A stretch of 63,876 nucleotides of DNA, the filler included, from Octopus bimaculoides (taxonomy: Eukaryota): the NCBI RefSeq assembly GCF_001194135.2. It is 4 parts of 4 records of this genome, joined end to end, with 100 filler letters (N's around TTAATTAATTAA, not from the genome) between each part and the next. Parts side by side here need not be neighbours in the genome. Positions count along the whole stretch, not along the records: positions 18,099 to 40,881 come from NC_068998.1; positions 40,982 to 48,921 come from NC_068981.1; positions 49,022 to 63,876 come from NC_068999.1; 1 more part is not named here. One strand, 5' to 3'. The position numbers were made by a program, and so were the translations under genes. Of the stretch, positions 39,620 through 51,678 are shown piece by piece. The notes beneath the pieces were generated by a model that saw only the letters and a list, made by a program, of their open reading frames with translations, was not told the origin of the DNA and ran no database searches. Positions within the stretch are counted from its first letter, which is position 1. Each line of letters begins with the position of its first letter.

Positions 39620-40190
39620 TGAGAGAGGAGGGAGAAAGAGAGAGAGAGGAGGGAGAAAGAGAGAGAGAGGAGGGAGAAAGAGAGAGAGAGGAGGGANNNN
39701 NNNNNNNNNNNNNNNNNNNNNNNNNNNNNNNNNNNNNNNNNNNNNNNNNNNNNNNNNNNNNNNNNNNNNNNNNNNNNNNNNNNNNNNNNNNNNNNNNNNN
39801 NNNNNNNNNNNNNNNNNNNNNNNNNNNNNNNNNNNNNNNNNNNNNNNNNNNNNNNNNNNNNNNNNNNNNNNNNNNNNNNNNNNNNNNNNNNNNNNNNNNN
39901 NNNNNNNNNNNNNNNNNNNNNNNNNNNNNNNNNNNNNNNNNNNNNNNNNNNNNNNNNNNNNNNNNNNNNNNNNNNNNNNNNNNNNNNNNNNNNNNNNNNN
40001 NNNNNNNNNNNNNNNNNNNNNNNNNNNNNNNNNNNNNNNNNNNNNNNNNNNNNNNNNNNNNNNNNNNNNNNNNNNNNNNNNNNNNNNNNNNNNNNNNNNN
40101 NNNNNNNNNNNNGAGAGAGAGAGGAGGGAGAAAGAGAGAGAGAGGAGGGAGAAAGAGAGAGAGAGGAGGGAGAAAGAGAGAGAGAGAGAA
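39620..40190. repeat. 21-bp homopurine minisatellite (GAGGAGGGAGAAAGAGAGAGA)n spanning a gap
   Basis: Unit repeated on both sides of the N-run. Confidence 0.9.
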
Positions 40191-40295
40191 GACTGAATTG
40201 TTGAGTGTACGTATGTGATTGAGAGCCAAAGAGTGGAGAATAATACAAAAAGAAAATGTTTGATTCTGTGATCGGTGGGGAAATATTGAATTAGC

Positions 40296-40357
<62 letters not shown>

Positions 40358-40881
40358 TTAAGAGAGAGAAAAAAAGGAATAGAAAGAAAGAGAGAGTTTA
40401 ATGAGAAGAGACACTTCACAGTTGAGGTGGAAACAGATAATTGAACATAAAGAGTGGAAGGAAACAGTGAGAAAGTATGGTGGAAGAGAGGAAAAGCGTG
40501 ATTGACGAAGAGAAAGACAGATTGTAGTTGAGAGTAGAATAAAGACTGAGTGATTGAGTGATTGAGTGAGTGAGTGACTGACTGAGTGGGTGAGTGAGTG
40601 ACTGAGTGAAAAGAAGACAAAGAGAGATTACAATAAAGAGAAGAGGAGCAAAAGAGTTGAAAAGGTGAAAAAGCAAAACGTGATAAAACAATATATCTTG
40701 GTTATGACATGAATATGAAATATTATCATTCAACTTATTGATTCTTTCCAGAAACTTAAACTTAGATTGTCGCTTATTTGATGTAATACGATTTTACATA
40801 CACATAAACACACACACAAGCAACACACACACATTCACACGCATATATTATGTAAACATAGATAAATGTGCATAAACATAT

Positions 40882-40981
40882 NNNNNNNNNNNNNNNNNNN
40901 NNNNNNNNNNNNNNNNNNNNNNNNNTTAATTAATTAANNNNNNNNNNNNNNNNNNNNNNNNNNNNNNNNNNNNNNNNNNNN
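40882..40981. other. Artificial 100-bp scaffold spacer
   Basis: 44 N + TTAATTAATTAA + 44 N. Confidence 0.95.
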
Positions 40982-41137
40982 GGTTTCTTAAACATTCACT
41001 TGAACAAAACTGTACAAATCCAAATATATGGTACCCTAGGCATAACACCTACATGAACTTCTAACTTGTTGTCTCTTGAGGTCTCTGGGTGAAACTTGGA
41101 TCCAACTTGTACAAATGCAAAACAAAAGTCAAACATA
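40982..41137 (+). mobile_element. 3' UTR of a Dong-like element followed by (TAA)n
   Basis: TTTCTTAAACATT..CCAAATATATG..ACCCTAGGCATAA.ACCTACATGAACTTCTAACTTGTT matches the 3' UTR of the next copy (about 42430-42520). Confidence 0.8.
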
Positions 41138-41138
41138 A

Positions 41139-41215
<77 letters not shown>

Positions 41216-41246
41216 CAACAACAACAACAACAACAACAATTTTAAT

Positions 41247-41290
<44 letters not shown>

Positions 41291-41306
41291 TTATCATAAT
41301 AATAAT

Positions 41307-41340
<34 letters not shown>
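41138..41340. repeat. (TAA)n/(CAA)n microsatellite
   Basis: Directly visible. Confidence 0.95.
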
Positions 41341-41341
<1 letters not shown>

Positions 41342-42535
41342 CTCAAGACAGAGCTGAATAAATACGCAAGACAACACAGAGCTGAATTACAAGAAACAGG
41401 GTCGAAGAGATCAATACTTTAGCCATACTGATCGTGGCTTACATTTTCAATATCATTAACTGGCCAATTACTGAAATATGTAATCTTGACAGAAAAATAC
41501 AAAAATTGTTGACGATTCATAGAATGCCCCACCCTAAAGCAGATATAGAACAACTTCACCTGCCAAGAAAAGAGGGTGGCCGTGGACATTTACAACAGGA
41601 ATTAACAATGAATATTGCCACAAATGGCCTAGACACCTACCTGAAAATCTCTCATCACCGGATGTTAAAACTTGTCTCAACGTATGAAAACAAGAAAACA
41701 TCATCAATAGTTAATGTCTTCTGGCTTCAAATCAGAAACAGAAGGGTTTATCATAGCAGCCCAAGATCAATGCCTTCCTACAAGCAACTATCAGGCCAAC
41801 GTATTAAAGAACGGAAGTCGCCCAACATGTCGTGTATGTCAACAACAAAATGAAACCACTGATCATGTTGCCTCCCTGTGCAGTCTTCTTGCGTCTACAG
41901 AGTATCTCAACAAGCATGGTAGAGCAACACATTATATTCACTTGGTAATTTGCGAAAACCTGGACCTGCACCATTATAAAAACTGGTGGGAACACAAACC
42001 ACCTCCAATGCTTGAAAATGATCACATCTCACTCCTCTGAAACGTCACAGTTCAAACTGACAGAAAGATAGATGCGAATAGGCCAGACATTACACTGAAA
42101 GACTTCAGACAATTATCATGCCTCCTCATAGATATGACTGTCTCAATCAACATAAATGTATCTGTCAAGACCGACTAAAAACTGAGCAAGTATAAAGATC
42201 TTGAAATAAAAATTGGCAAAATGTGGAACCTTAAGACTAAATCAATAAATGTCATTAGTGCCCTAGGAATGGTAGCAAAAGGGGCTGATTACTACCTAGC
42301 GCAGAAAGAAGAAAACCCCAAAATGGCAGAAATTCAAAAGATAGTTCTGATGGGAACTACCCATATCTTACGTAAAATACTGTCTACGTAATCTCAAATT
42401 TTAAAAACAAACTCATAATTTTCTTATGTTTTCTTAAACATTTTCTGGAACAATATTATGTGCAAAACCAAATATATGACACCCTAGGCATAAGACCTAC
42501 ATGAACTTCTAACTTGTTATCTCCTATGTTATTAC
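41341..42535 (+). mobile_element. R4/Dong-like RLE non-LTR retrotransposon, 5'-truncated and internally deleted
   Basis: INW..EICNLDRKIQKLLT.HRMPHPKADIEQLHLPRKEGGRG; SETEGFIIAAQDQ; CRVC..ETTDHVASLC; TDRKIDANRPDI..CLLIDMTV; KLSKYKDLEI; LMGTTHILRKILS*. Confidence 0.9.
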
Positions 42536-43651
42536 CTCTCCTGTAGATGCTAGTGCTACTGCTACCGATGCCACTGTTGCTGTTAGAGATTCTGCTTCTG
42601 CTATTATTTGCAGCTACTGTATCTCCTGCTGTTGCTGCTACCACTGTTGCTGTGGTTCCTTTTGTTAGTGTTATTGTTGTTGTTGTTGTGGTTGTTGCTG
42701 TTGATGTTTATTACAAAGGGGGAGTGATAAGTAAAATTGTAATGCTGTTATCAGTCCGAATATGTTTGAGTCATGTTCGAACCGGTGAACAAGCTACTCA
42801 TTGCATTTTGCCACGGAAAATATATCACGTTTGTAGACAAATGGTGTGAATACACCTAGATCATCTCGCAGTACCACCTACCCAGACCGTGAGATGCAGG
42901 TATTTCGGAGTAGTTATCTCCTCTTCGGTCACAGAAACCAGGCAGGCGGCGCTGCGAGCAGATCGAAGAGACTGATTCTCTTATAGTTTCCAGTTGCCAT
43001 TCGGCGGCTGGTAGCGCTGTGCAGTGGCACACCGTACAGATGGGGAACGCTTAGCAGTGATAAGTAAAACTGTAATGTTATTATCAGTCCGAATATGCTT
43101 AGTTGTTGTGAATATTGTTATTGCTGATGTTGATGTTACTGTTGCTGTTACTGCTACTCTTGTTTTTGCTATATCAGTTGGATCAGTATAGTGTCCAATG
43201 AAAATTTCTCCTTCCATTCAGTTAAGAAATAAGCTGCTGGCTGGATAAACTCAAGAAAGCAAATAATGATGGACTACATTATTGGGTTCTGGAATGCGTG
43301 GGAAAACTCAGGGTTTCGTGAAATCACCAAGTTAATTTTTTTAAATAAAATGTGATGACATGCACCATTTGTTTCTACATGTTTATCAGCAGAAATAAAG
43401 ACATGAATGATCTGATTTCGACTCTTGTTGATGTTTCTATTCAACATTGGGTACGCCTCATTCTTCCAACATAATAATACGTTTTGATTTAAGCAAAAAT
43501 AGTTGTGAATTGGAAATTTCCCTTTGTATATTCAATTAGCTATCAGCATGATTGATAACAAATTCAATCACTGAACTGTGTTATAAGCACATACATACAT
43601 ACATCACAACTGCAACATCGTTACACGAAAAAAAGCCATTGCCAAGAAGAC

Positions 43652-43849
43652 TTACTGAAATGATTCATTATTGTTGCCATGTGATGCCCTTATGTGACCT
43701 TTTAGCCCGGTCAAGCTTTTACACATTTTATTATATACTAGACAACTGTACTGGCTGACAGGAGAAACAGGTGCCACCATATGCACTCTCTTAACATGTA
43801 TTTTTAGACCTCCAACTGAGAGGCACACACTTCCAAATTTTACACACGT
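43652..43849 (-). pseudogene. Two degenerate C2H2 fingers, probably the C-terminus of an RTE-like LINE
   Basis: 65-codon open frame TCVKFGSVCLSVGGLKIHVKRVH...YSCLVYNKMCKSLTGLKGHIRASH...*; the second Cys of each finger is replaced (F, Y); (TATG)n lies downstream. Confidence 0.6.
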
Positions 43850-44034
43850 TCAGTTATGAAATTTAATAGCCACATCATTGTATATTGTGTTTTTAAATTG
43901 TATATATTGTATGTCAATCTTATTTTTAATTTTATTGTTTTTATCTCAATTTTTAATTTGTATTTATTTCTCTTATGTTAATTTTTTTTAGATAAATAGA
44001 TGAGGAATGGATAGAGCTCCTCTGTTTACCCAAG

Positions 44035-44260
44035 CTGTGGCGAAGGCAGTCTATCTAGGAGAAAGTAACTCTGAATTTAAATACTTCTCTGCTGTCTGGT
44101 AGTTAGCCTTTGGTTGGGCAAAGACTGGCGGAAGGACACTCTGATATAAAACCTGCGACCCAATGATGTCGACTTGCTCTTCTTTTTGGATTATGCTTTG
44201 TAGTTTACAGAGTGGGAATGGTTGCTGTGCAAAACTTTTCCTCACCTTAAAACATGTCAA
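44035..44260 (+). mobile_element. Possible RTE-type 5' UTR fragment
   Basis: GGCAGTCTATCTAGGAGAAAGTAACTCTGAATTTAAA..GAAGGACACTCTGATATAAAACC resembles RTE 5' UTRs as I recall them; not verified. Confidence 0.35.
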
Positions 44261-44261
44261 G

Positions 44262-44295
<34 letters not shown>

Positions 44296-44317
44296 CATAC
44301 ATACATACATACATACA

Positions 44318-46561
44318 GAAAGGCTAAGGAAGATCCCACGATAAGCTACATGAAAAGACAGAGAATACTGGAATAAGGAATACTCAACATCCTCAAATTT
44401 TCCAGAAAAATCTATTACACCAGCAAGTTACATATGTTGGAAAGAAATACGGCACCCTCTCGAACAAAATCATTCAGCCAAAACGCACAAATGATAGTAC
44501 TGGTATTAACAACACAGTAAGTATATTCCACGAAGTCACTGTGAACGAGAAGAAATACGGCCAATACAAACACAACAATAACAAACCTTCACCATTGCAC
44601 GGACATGTGGGGATCAGATATGACCTCACAAAAGTAGGTGAAGAATATAAAATACTAAAATCGCAGCTTGCACCGAAGTTGAAGCAGAACTTCACGACTT
44701 ATATACATAAGATACTGCATGAGAAAACAATACCGACACGAGTTGGGAAAAAAAACCACCGACATGATATTATCAGCCACCGATAAAATTGCGAGAGAAC
44801 AACTAGCTCAAATCCAAACTCCCGACTTTTGGACAATAAATGTCCTGCTTTACTTTACCGAGAGTAACTGTGTACCAACAGGTGGCAGAAAAGAAACAAA
44901 CCCAAGGGATAGTACTGGTCCAAAATGGATTAGTTCACTTATAAAAAAAAAAATCAACTAACTCAGGAACATGGTAGGGTATTTGGACACTATCATCAAA
45001 GGCAAAGCTACAAATGAGTTCAGGAATTATCAGCTACGACGGCATGATAGATTCTCCGCATTGTATTGGCATTGCACCGAGAAACACTCACAGGCAAGCT
45101 GAATATCCTCAACTTCGTTATAACAGAATTTTCACGAACGAAAGATGGTAAACAGAAAGTTTGTTTGAAATCCACCAGCTATATATCGCAAGGTGATACA
45201 ATCAAGATAATAAATGGTCCTCCCTAGGAAAACCTAGATTTACTGTGGCGAGAAATCTGGAATGTAAACAAAGAACATAATAGCGAGACAGTATGTTTAA
45301 ACGAGAGAGTATTTTATAAATCCCTCTCCCAAAGCATATAATATCTGATAATATATTATGAAACTACCTAATAGAAAAATCACCTGGGAGAGACCTGAGA
45401 GTAGGCTGCTGGTACAAGACCTAACGTTCTACAGAGAAATTCTCGTGAATATGTTTAAAGAAACAATAGACGCTGAGCTAAATATGGCAGATTGGCAGTT
45501 TCACGGACTACCCTTATTCCCAAGAACAATGAGACCCAGGCGGCCAAATACTATTGGCCCATAGTATGCTTGAATGTTATGTGCAAGCTGTAGAGAGGTT
45601 GTCTAAATATATTTTTCCGAGACCACTTCGAAAAAATTGTGTAATAACTAATGAACAGGCTGGAAAAAAAAGGAATCTCTGGCTGTGCTTTCTCAACAAA
45701 GCTCTTCTTAAGGAAGCTCAGCACTATCACTGTAATATCTTAACAACTTAGCTAGACTACAAGAAGGCGTTCGACTCTGTGCCTCACTCCTGGATGAGAA
45801 TATAATTACACCTTTCCAAAGTACCAGTTGCTATATTGAATGCCATTGAACGAGTGACCAAAACATGGTTCATACACGTATCACCGGCAACTACTAAACC
45901 AACACCTATGGTTACAAACAGAATTAAACAATCAACAGGCACATTTAAGAATCATAGTTTATCTGTAATGTTGTTTGCACATGCAGTGAATCCCTTGTCA
46001 GCCCTGGTTAACTAAATACCAACGCTATATGCTAGAATATGTAGAAAAGAATAAAATGGATGTCACCCATACGTATTTTGATGATGACCTAAAGGTATGT
46101 TCTGCTAATATGATGAATATGAATAGACAGTTCGAAATAGTTACAACATTCTCACGAGATGCAGGAATGGAGTTTAGGCAAGGTAAATTTTCATGCATGA
46201 TTGTAAGTTGAAGAAAGATTGCCGATCAGACAGAAAATATATATAAATGGCTTGTCTATCTCTCCTGTCTCTAACGATACAAACTACAAGTATCCACGAG
46301 ATTGTTGCTTACGTTGGTGCTCTGACTAATGCTAGAATAATAAATGAATACTTCTGTGGAGACCTGAAAATATGGAACTCAGAGCTATAAGCATTTAACA
46401 AGACAATATCTCGGAATGTTTTTGCAGAGCTGATACCGACGAATCAACTCAAGCAGATAATCACAAACCCGGGAAGTTTCTTAACTCAAAAGGTCTAGTC
46501 GCTTTGTTAGCGATCGGCTTGAACTGTCTTAAGAATAAATGAAATAAAACTCAAAGAAAAT
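44318..46561 (+). mobile_element. RLE-type (R4/Dong-like) non-LTR retrotransposon with degenerate RT, internally deleted
   Basis: RPNTIGP; LDYKKAFDSVPHSW; NPLS; THTYFDDDLKV..FSRDAGMEF; short 3' segment with AATAAA at 46534; flanked by (TACA)n-type repeats. Confidence 0.85.
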
Positions 46562-47047
46562 TACATATACACACATATAAGGTATGAGAGGTATTGGCAT
46601 CAAGAAGACACAAGATCGCAGGTAAGACTATGTAAGTGCTAAGGGAGGACCGTAGTTAGACTTTCGATTCGATAACAGTACACGTGAGGAGCCTAATGCG
46701 GGTCACGTGTGAGCATGTATATGTTAAATAAAATGAAACAACAAAACCAAGACCATGTGGAATTTATAGGACATTTATGAAGAGAAAGGTAGTTTTACAT
46801 ACTATCCTCTTGTAATAACAAGATATGAACTCTTATCGAAATCTACATACCATGGACAAGAAGCATCTCTACCCATTCTACACAGCACTTTCCTTGAATA
46901 ATGGAACTGCAACTGTAACATCCTACATATATTTTTATTTTTATTTCTATTCTGTTATTTCCCTTTATACTTCCTATATCCATCTTTTTCGAAAATAACG
47001 CCTTATATCGAACTCTACTATTTCCCTGTAGTTAACTTTCTCATATC

Positions 47048-47096
47048 GTCTCTGATGAAGGGATATCCCTAATATCCCAAAAAACAGGTGTAAAAC
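47048..47096 (+). ncRNA. Degenerate hammerhead, same family as 19887-19934
   Basis: GTCT-CTGATGA-A-GGGATAT CCCTA ATATCCC-AAAAAA-CAGGTG-TA-AAAC; G12 is lost, so it is predicted inactive. Confidence 0.55.
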
Positions 47097-47481
47097 TACC
47101 TTCCTCTTTATAAATGTCCTATAAATTCCACACAGTCTTGGCTTTGTTGTCTCACTTTATTTAACATATATGCATTCACACATGCACACGCACACACACA
47201 GACATTTCACACACACACCGCACACGCATTCAATAATTGAAAACAAGAAGTTTTACTGTTGATCTTTAGGCAAATATATATATGCATATGTGAGAGTATG
47301 TATTATATATTTTTGTGTGTATTTGTGTTTAAGGAACAACATAAAATTTAATTGTTACTGCAGGTATAAACTTGTCTGTATGTATATTTCTTTATACACA
47401 CACAACACACGCACTCACACACAGACATACGCACAAACATACACACAAACACGGGCGTATGCGCGCACGTGCACACACACA

Positions 47482-47546
<65 letters not shown>

Positions 47547-48116
47547 ATGACAAATTATTTCCTAGCATTGGCAGAAATTCAAAGTCAGTTTCTTTGCAGA
47601 GGCATTTTCACNNNNNNNNNNNNNNNNNNNNNNNNNNNNNNNNNNNNNNNNNNNNNNNNNNNNNNNNNNNNNNNNNNNNNNNNNNNNNNNNNNNNNNNNN
47701 NNNNNNNNNNNNNNNNNNNNNNNNNNNNNNNNNNNNNNNNNNNNNNNNNNNNNNNNNNNNNNNNNNNNNNNNNNNNNNNNNNNNNNNNNNNNNNNNNNNN
47801 NNNNNNNNNNNNNNNNNNNNNNNNNNNNNNNNNNNNNNNNNNNNNNNNNNNNNNNNNNNNNNNNNNNNNNNNNNNNNNNNNNNNNNNNNNNNNNNNNNNN
47901 NNNNNNNNNNNNNNNNNNNNNNNNNNNNNNNNNNNNNNNNNNNNNNNNNNNNNNNNNNNNNNNNNNNNNNNNNNNNNNNNNNNNNNNNNNNNNNNNNNNN
48001 NNNNNNNNNNNNNNNNNNNNNNNNNNNNNNNNNNNNNNNNNNNNNNNNNNNNNNNNNNNNNNNNNNTGCTTTTCTCTTTGTATGACATATTCCCAATGTG
48101 GTATGATTATTTACAG

Positions 48117-48220
48117 CTTTTCCGATAAAGTATGTATCCTACGTAAAATCAAGCAATTACCTGGTGCCACATCATTCATCGAAATTCCTCCAAACAGTAT
48201 TTACACCATACTAGAAGCTC
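48117..48220 (+). CDS. Candidate internal exon of an unidentified gene
   Basis: Acceptor TATTTACAG, donor CTC|GTGAGT, 104 nt, open frame FSDKVCILRKIKQLPGATSFIEIPPNSIYTILEA; no domain recognised. Confidence 0.35.
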
Positions 48221-48244
48221 GTGAGTAGTTTTCTTTTCATATTA

Positions 48245-48455
48245 CAATAACCCCTCGCCATATCGCGGTTTATTACTTAAGCTTACATCGACTCCTCTGT
48301 GTTGGTGTTTTTGCATTTATAATAAAATAAATGTATACAAATTGTAAAAACAATTTTAAAAAATTATACAGTACAGTACTGTTTCTTCTTCACGGATTTT
48401 CACTTATCTCGTGGTGTTTTGAAACGTAACACCCGCGATAGACGAAGGATTACTG
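48245..48455. mobile_element. Tigger-type MITE, about 210 bp
   Basis: TIRs CAATAACCCCTCGCCATATCGCGG / CCGCGATAGACGAAGGATTACTG, TA-flanked. Confidence 0.78.
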
Positions 48456-48921
48456 TATTACTTTTTATTTCACTTAATGTTAAACCCTGTTATTTTCATA
48501 TTGAAGACGATATTTGTGATCTGAGATAAATTTTACGTGTGTTTCTGGTAGGTCAACGATGGATTGTGCTATGAATATTGTTCAAGAATAATTTTGTTAT
48601 TTTCATTCAAGCTTAATAATATCATCTTAACGTAATTTACAATGTATCTAGGCCTACGCAAACTTGTCTTTTTTTGTAAGGTATTAATTAGGATGTTTAT
48701 TTGAATGCGATTTTGCTACTACCATATAGAGTCTATCTTTTGGTTCGTATTGTGAAAATGTATGTTAGAAAGAGAGAGAGAAAGAGAGAGAGAGTGCGTC
48801 TGTGTGCATGTGTCTTTTCTGTGTATGTATGAGCTTAGTGCGTGTAAGGTTTATATATAAAGTAACTTCTAGCTGTATATTTTGTAAAAAGCAGGTTTTT
48901 TTCTATAGATTAATTAAATGC

Positions 48922-49021
48922 NNNNNNNNNNNNNNNNNNNNNNNNNNNNNNNNNNNNNNNNNNNNTTAATTAATTAANNNNNNNNNNNNNNNNNNNNNNN
49001 NNNNNNNNNNNNNNNNNNNNN
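48922..49021. other. Artificial 100-bp scaffold spacer
   Basis: 44 N + TTAATTAATTAA + 44 N. Confidence 0.95.
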
Positions 49022-49569
49022 AAACAACAAAAACAATATTCTCCTCTTCTAAGAAAAAAAAAAGCAACAAAAAAAATACAACCGATTCGTATAAATAAAC
49101 AAACAACGAAATGTTCTGTTTTCATCATTTTGATGTTGATTTCGTCTTGACGAGTTCGAAAAACGAACGAAAGCGCTAATTAAAGATTATCCAGAATTCT
49201 CACTGCCGCCTTTATCTCAATATACAATATCTGTACACCATTCTACACACACACACACACATACATACACACATGTGTAAGCGTGTGTGTTTGCGTTTGT
49301 TCTCCCTGTCACTTGGCAACCGGTGCTGGTTTTTAGGAAGAAACGCCGCTAAGCATTTTTCCGATGCTGTAAAGGTTCTGACAGCTCGCCATCCCAAAAT
49401 TTTGCATTGACTATTGCTATCATCTGAGTCTCATAATTTGTTTGACCAAAATTCAGAATCGTGTTCTTGACATGATGGATTCTCTTCTTTCTACTGGGTC
49501 AGAATCTTTGGCTCACCGTCGAAATGGATTTTCGTCATTCCTTTTCCAGATGTATTTTCAAGGTCATTG

Positions 49570-49730
49570 CTCTGATACATTTTTCTGGTCTAGTACCCTC
49601 TTTCAAGGACTTTAAACGTGTCGTCTGCTTTTCTTCCTAGGCGCAACATTACTCTGATACATTTTTCTGGTCTAGAACCCTCTTTCAATGACTTTAAACA
49701 TGTCGTCTGCTTTTCTTCCGAGACACATTT
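49570..49730. repeat. 82-bp tandem duplication
   Basis: CTCTGATACATTTTTCTGGTCTAG.ACCCTCTTTCAA.GACTTTAAAC.TGTCGTCTGCTTTTCTTCC at 49570 and 49652. Confidence 0.9.
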
Positions 49731-50321
49731 CTCAGTTGAGCATTCTGTTAGTCAGAAGTGCTGTAATTCTAATAATTTTTTCTCCTCGAAATATCGCTCT
49801 TCAGAACTCACTGTTATGTTACCATTTTCGTCTGTTTCCCTCTATTCTATGATATCAGGCCCTTTAAGATTTCTATCAGTCATCATCTTTAGAATTTGTT
49901 GGACTCTTTCGGTTCCTTCTTACTAAGCCATTACGCTACCGTGACCTCAAGTTTTGTTTCGGACAAAAGCGTATGAAAAAAAAAAAAAAAAAAAGAAATT
50001 GATTTTTGATCGATTTCGCTGCGACATTGATTCGATCCTGATTCGACTTGAACTCGGAGCAGAAGTAACAGTAGTTCTGTTTAGCTGACCCAGTATGGTT
50101 CGTTCCCGCTGCACGGCAACCAACCGGAGGCCTGTGAATAAAATTTTATCGAAATTGTGCTGCAGCAAGTGACGCATACATGCATACATACATAGTACAT
50201 ATATATATGTATGTATGTATGTATGTGTGTGTGCGTGTATGTGTGCGCGCGTGTATGTCTGTGCATGCATGTATGTCTGTGTGTGCACGCGTGTATGTGA
50301 GTGTCCGTGTGTTTATGTTTA

Positions 50322-50386
<65 letters not shown>

Positions 50387-50529
50387 CAAATGTATACTTA
50401 TCTGTGCATGTATCGATCTATCTATCAACATAATAATATATAAATAATATGCATATATATCTATATCGATCTATATGTATATATCTACACAGATATATAT
50501 ATGTAACTTCATCAACCTGCATATATGTA

Positions 50530-50604
<75 letters not shown>

Positions 50605-50918
50605 ATGTAGGTATGCGTATATATGTGTAGTTGCTATTTACACAAAATGCATAAATTTAAGAAACAGAACGGCAGGATTTTTGAAAATATTTATTGAAGA
50701 CTATTGATATCTGAAAATCAAAGACAAATACTATTTTTTCTTCGTCAATGTAGAATGCCAGATCTTTGTAATTCGAGCCAAAAACTTTCGAATCAATGAA
50801 GATTGATGAAATTTTGTAAGAAAGCGTTGGAGACGTTCAGAATATCTTGGCAGAAATGTGTAGTGAATTTACACTATTTTTATATCAGTAAATAAACATA
50901 CCCACCATGTATACATAC

Positions 50919-50951
<33 letters not shown>

Positions 50952-50973
50952 GGTATATATACATATATGCATG

Positions 50974-51013
<40 letters not shown>

Positions 51014-51364
51014 TTTATGTTTGAATATGTATCTTTGTCGATGTGTGCACAAGTGTATACATAAACACGCACAAATAATGTGTGTGTGTTTGTATGTGTT
51101 CATGTCTCCCGTGTGTGTATGTTGGTGTGTTTCTTGTGTTAAGTGACTCTATTGAAAATGGAAGGAAGCAAGAGAAAAAGCGTGGCTAAAGTCTGAGATT
51201 AAAACGGCAAGTTTCCCTTCTCAATTATAAGTTATCTTCCGTATGAAATATTGGTGTTAGGACATAGAAGTTTGTTATGAAAATATCAGAGATAATTATA
51301 GAAAATCTCTACGTATGAGATGGAGAAATATTCATACCTGTGTATATGCGTGCGTGTGTGTTTG

Positions 51365-51395
<31 letters not shown>

Positions 51396-51459
51396 GTCTA
51401 TCTATATACAGAGAAGGAGAGAGAGAGATACACATATATGCATATATGTAATATATGCA

Positions 51460-51493
<34 letters not shown>

Positions 51494-51541
51494 ATGTCTT
51501 GTGTATATGTATATATGTGTATATATATGTATGTATGTATG

Positions 51542-51585
<44 letters not shown>

Positions 51586-51594
51586 CATGTGTTT

Positions 51595-51678
51595 GTTATT
51601 TGTGTCTGTGTTTGTCTCCCACTATCGCTTGACAGCCGATGTTGGTGTGTTTACGTCCCCGTCACTTAGCGGTTCGGA
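51595..51678 (+). mobile_element. SINE family A fragment
   Basis: GTGTTTGTCTCCC..CGCTTGACAGCCGATGTTGGTGTGTTTACGTCCCCGTCACTTAGCGGTTCGG. Confidence 0.85.
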
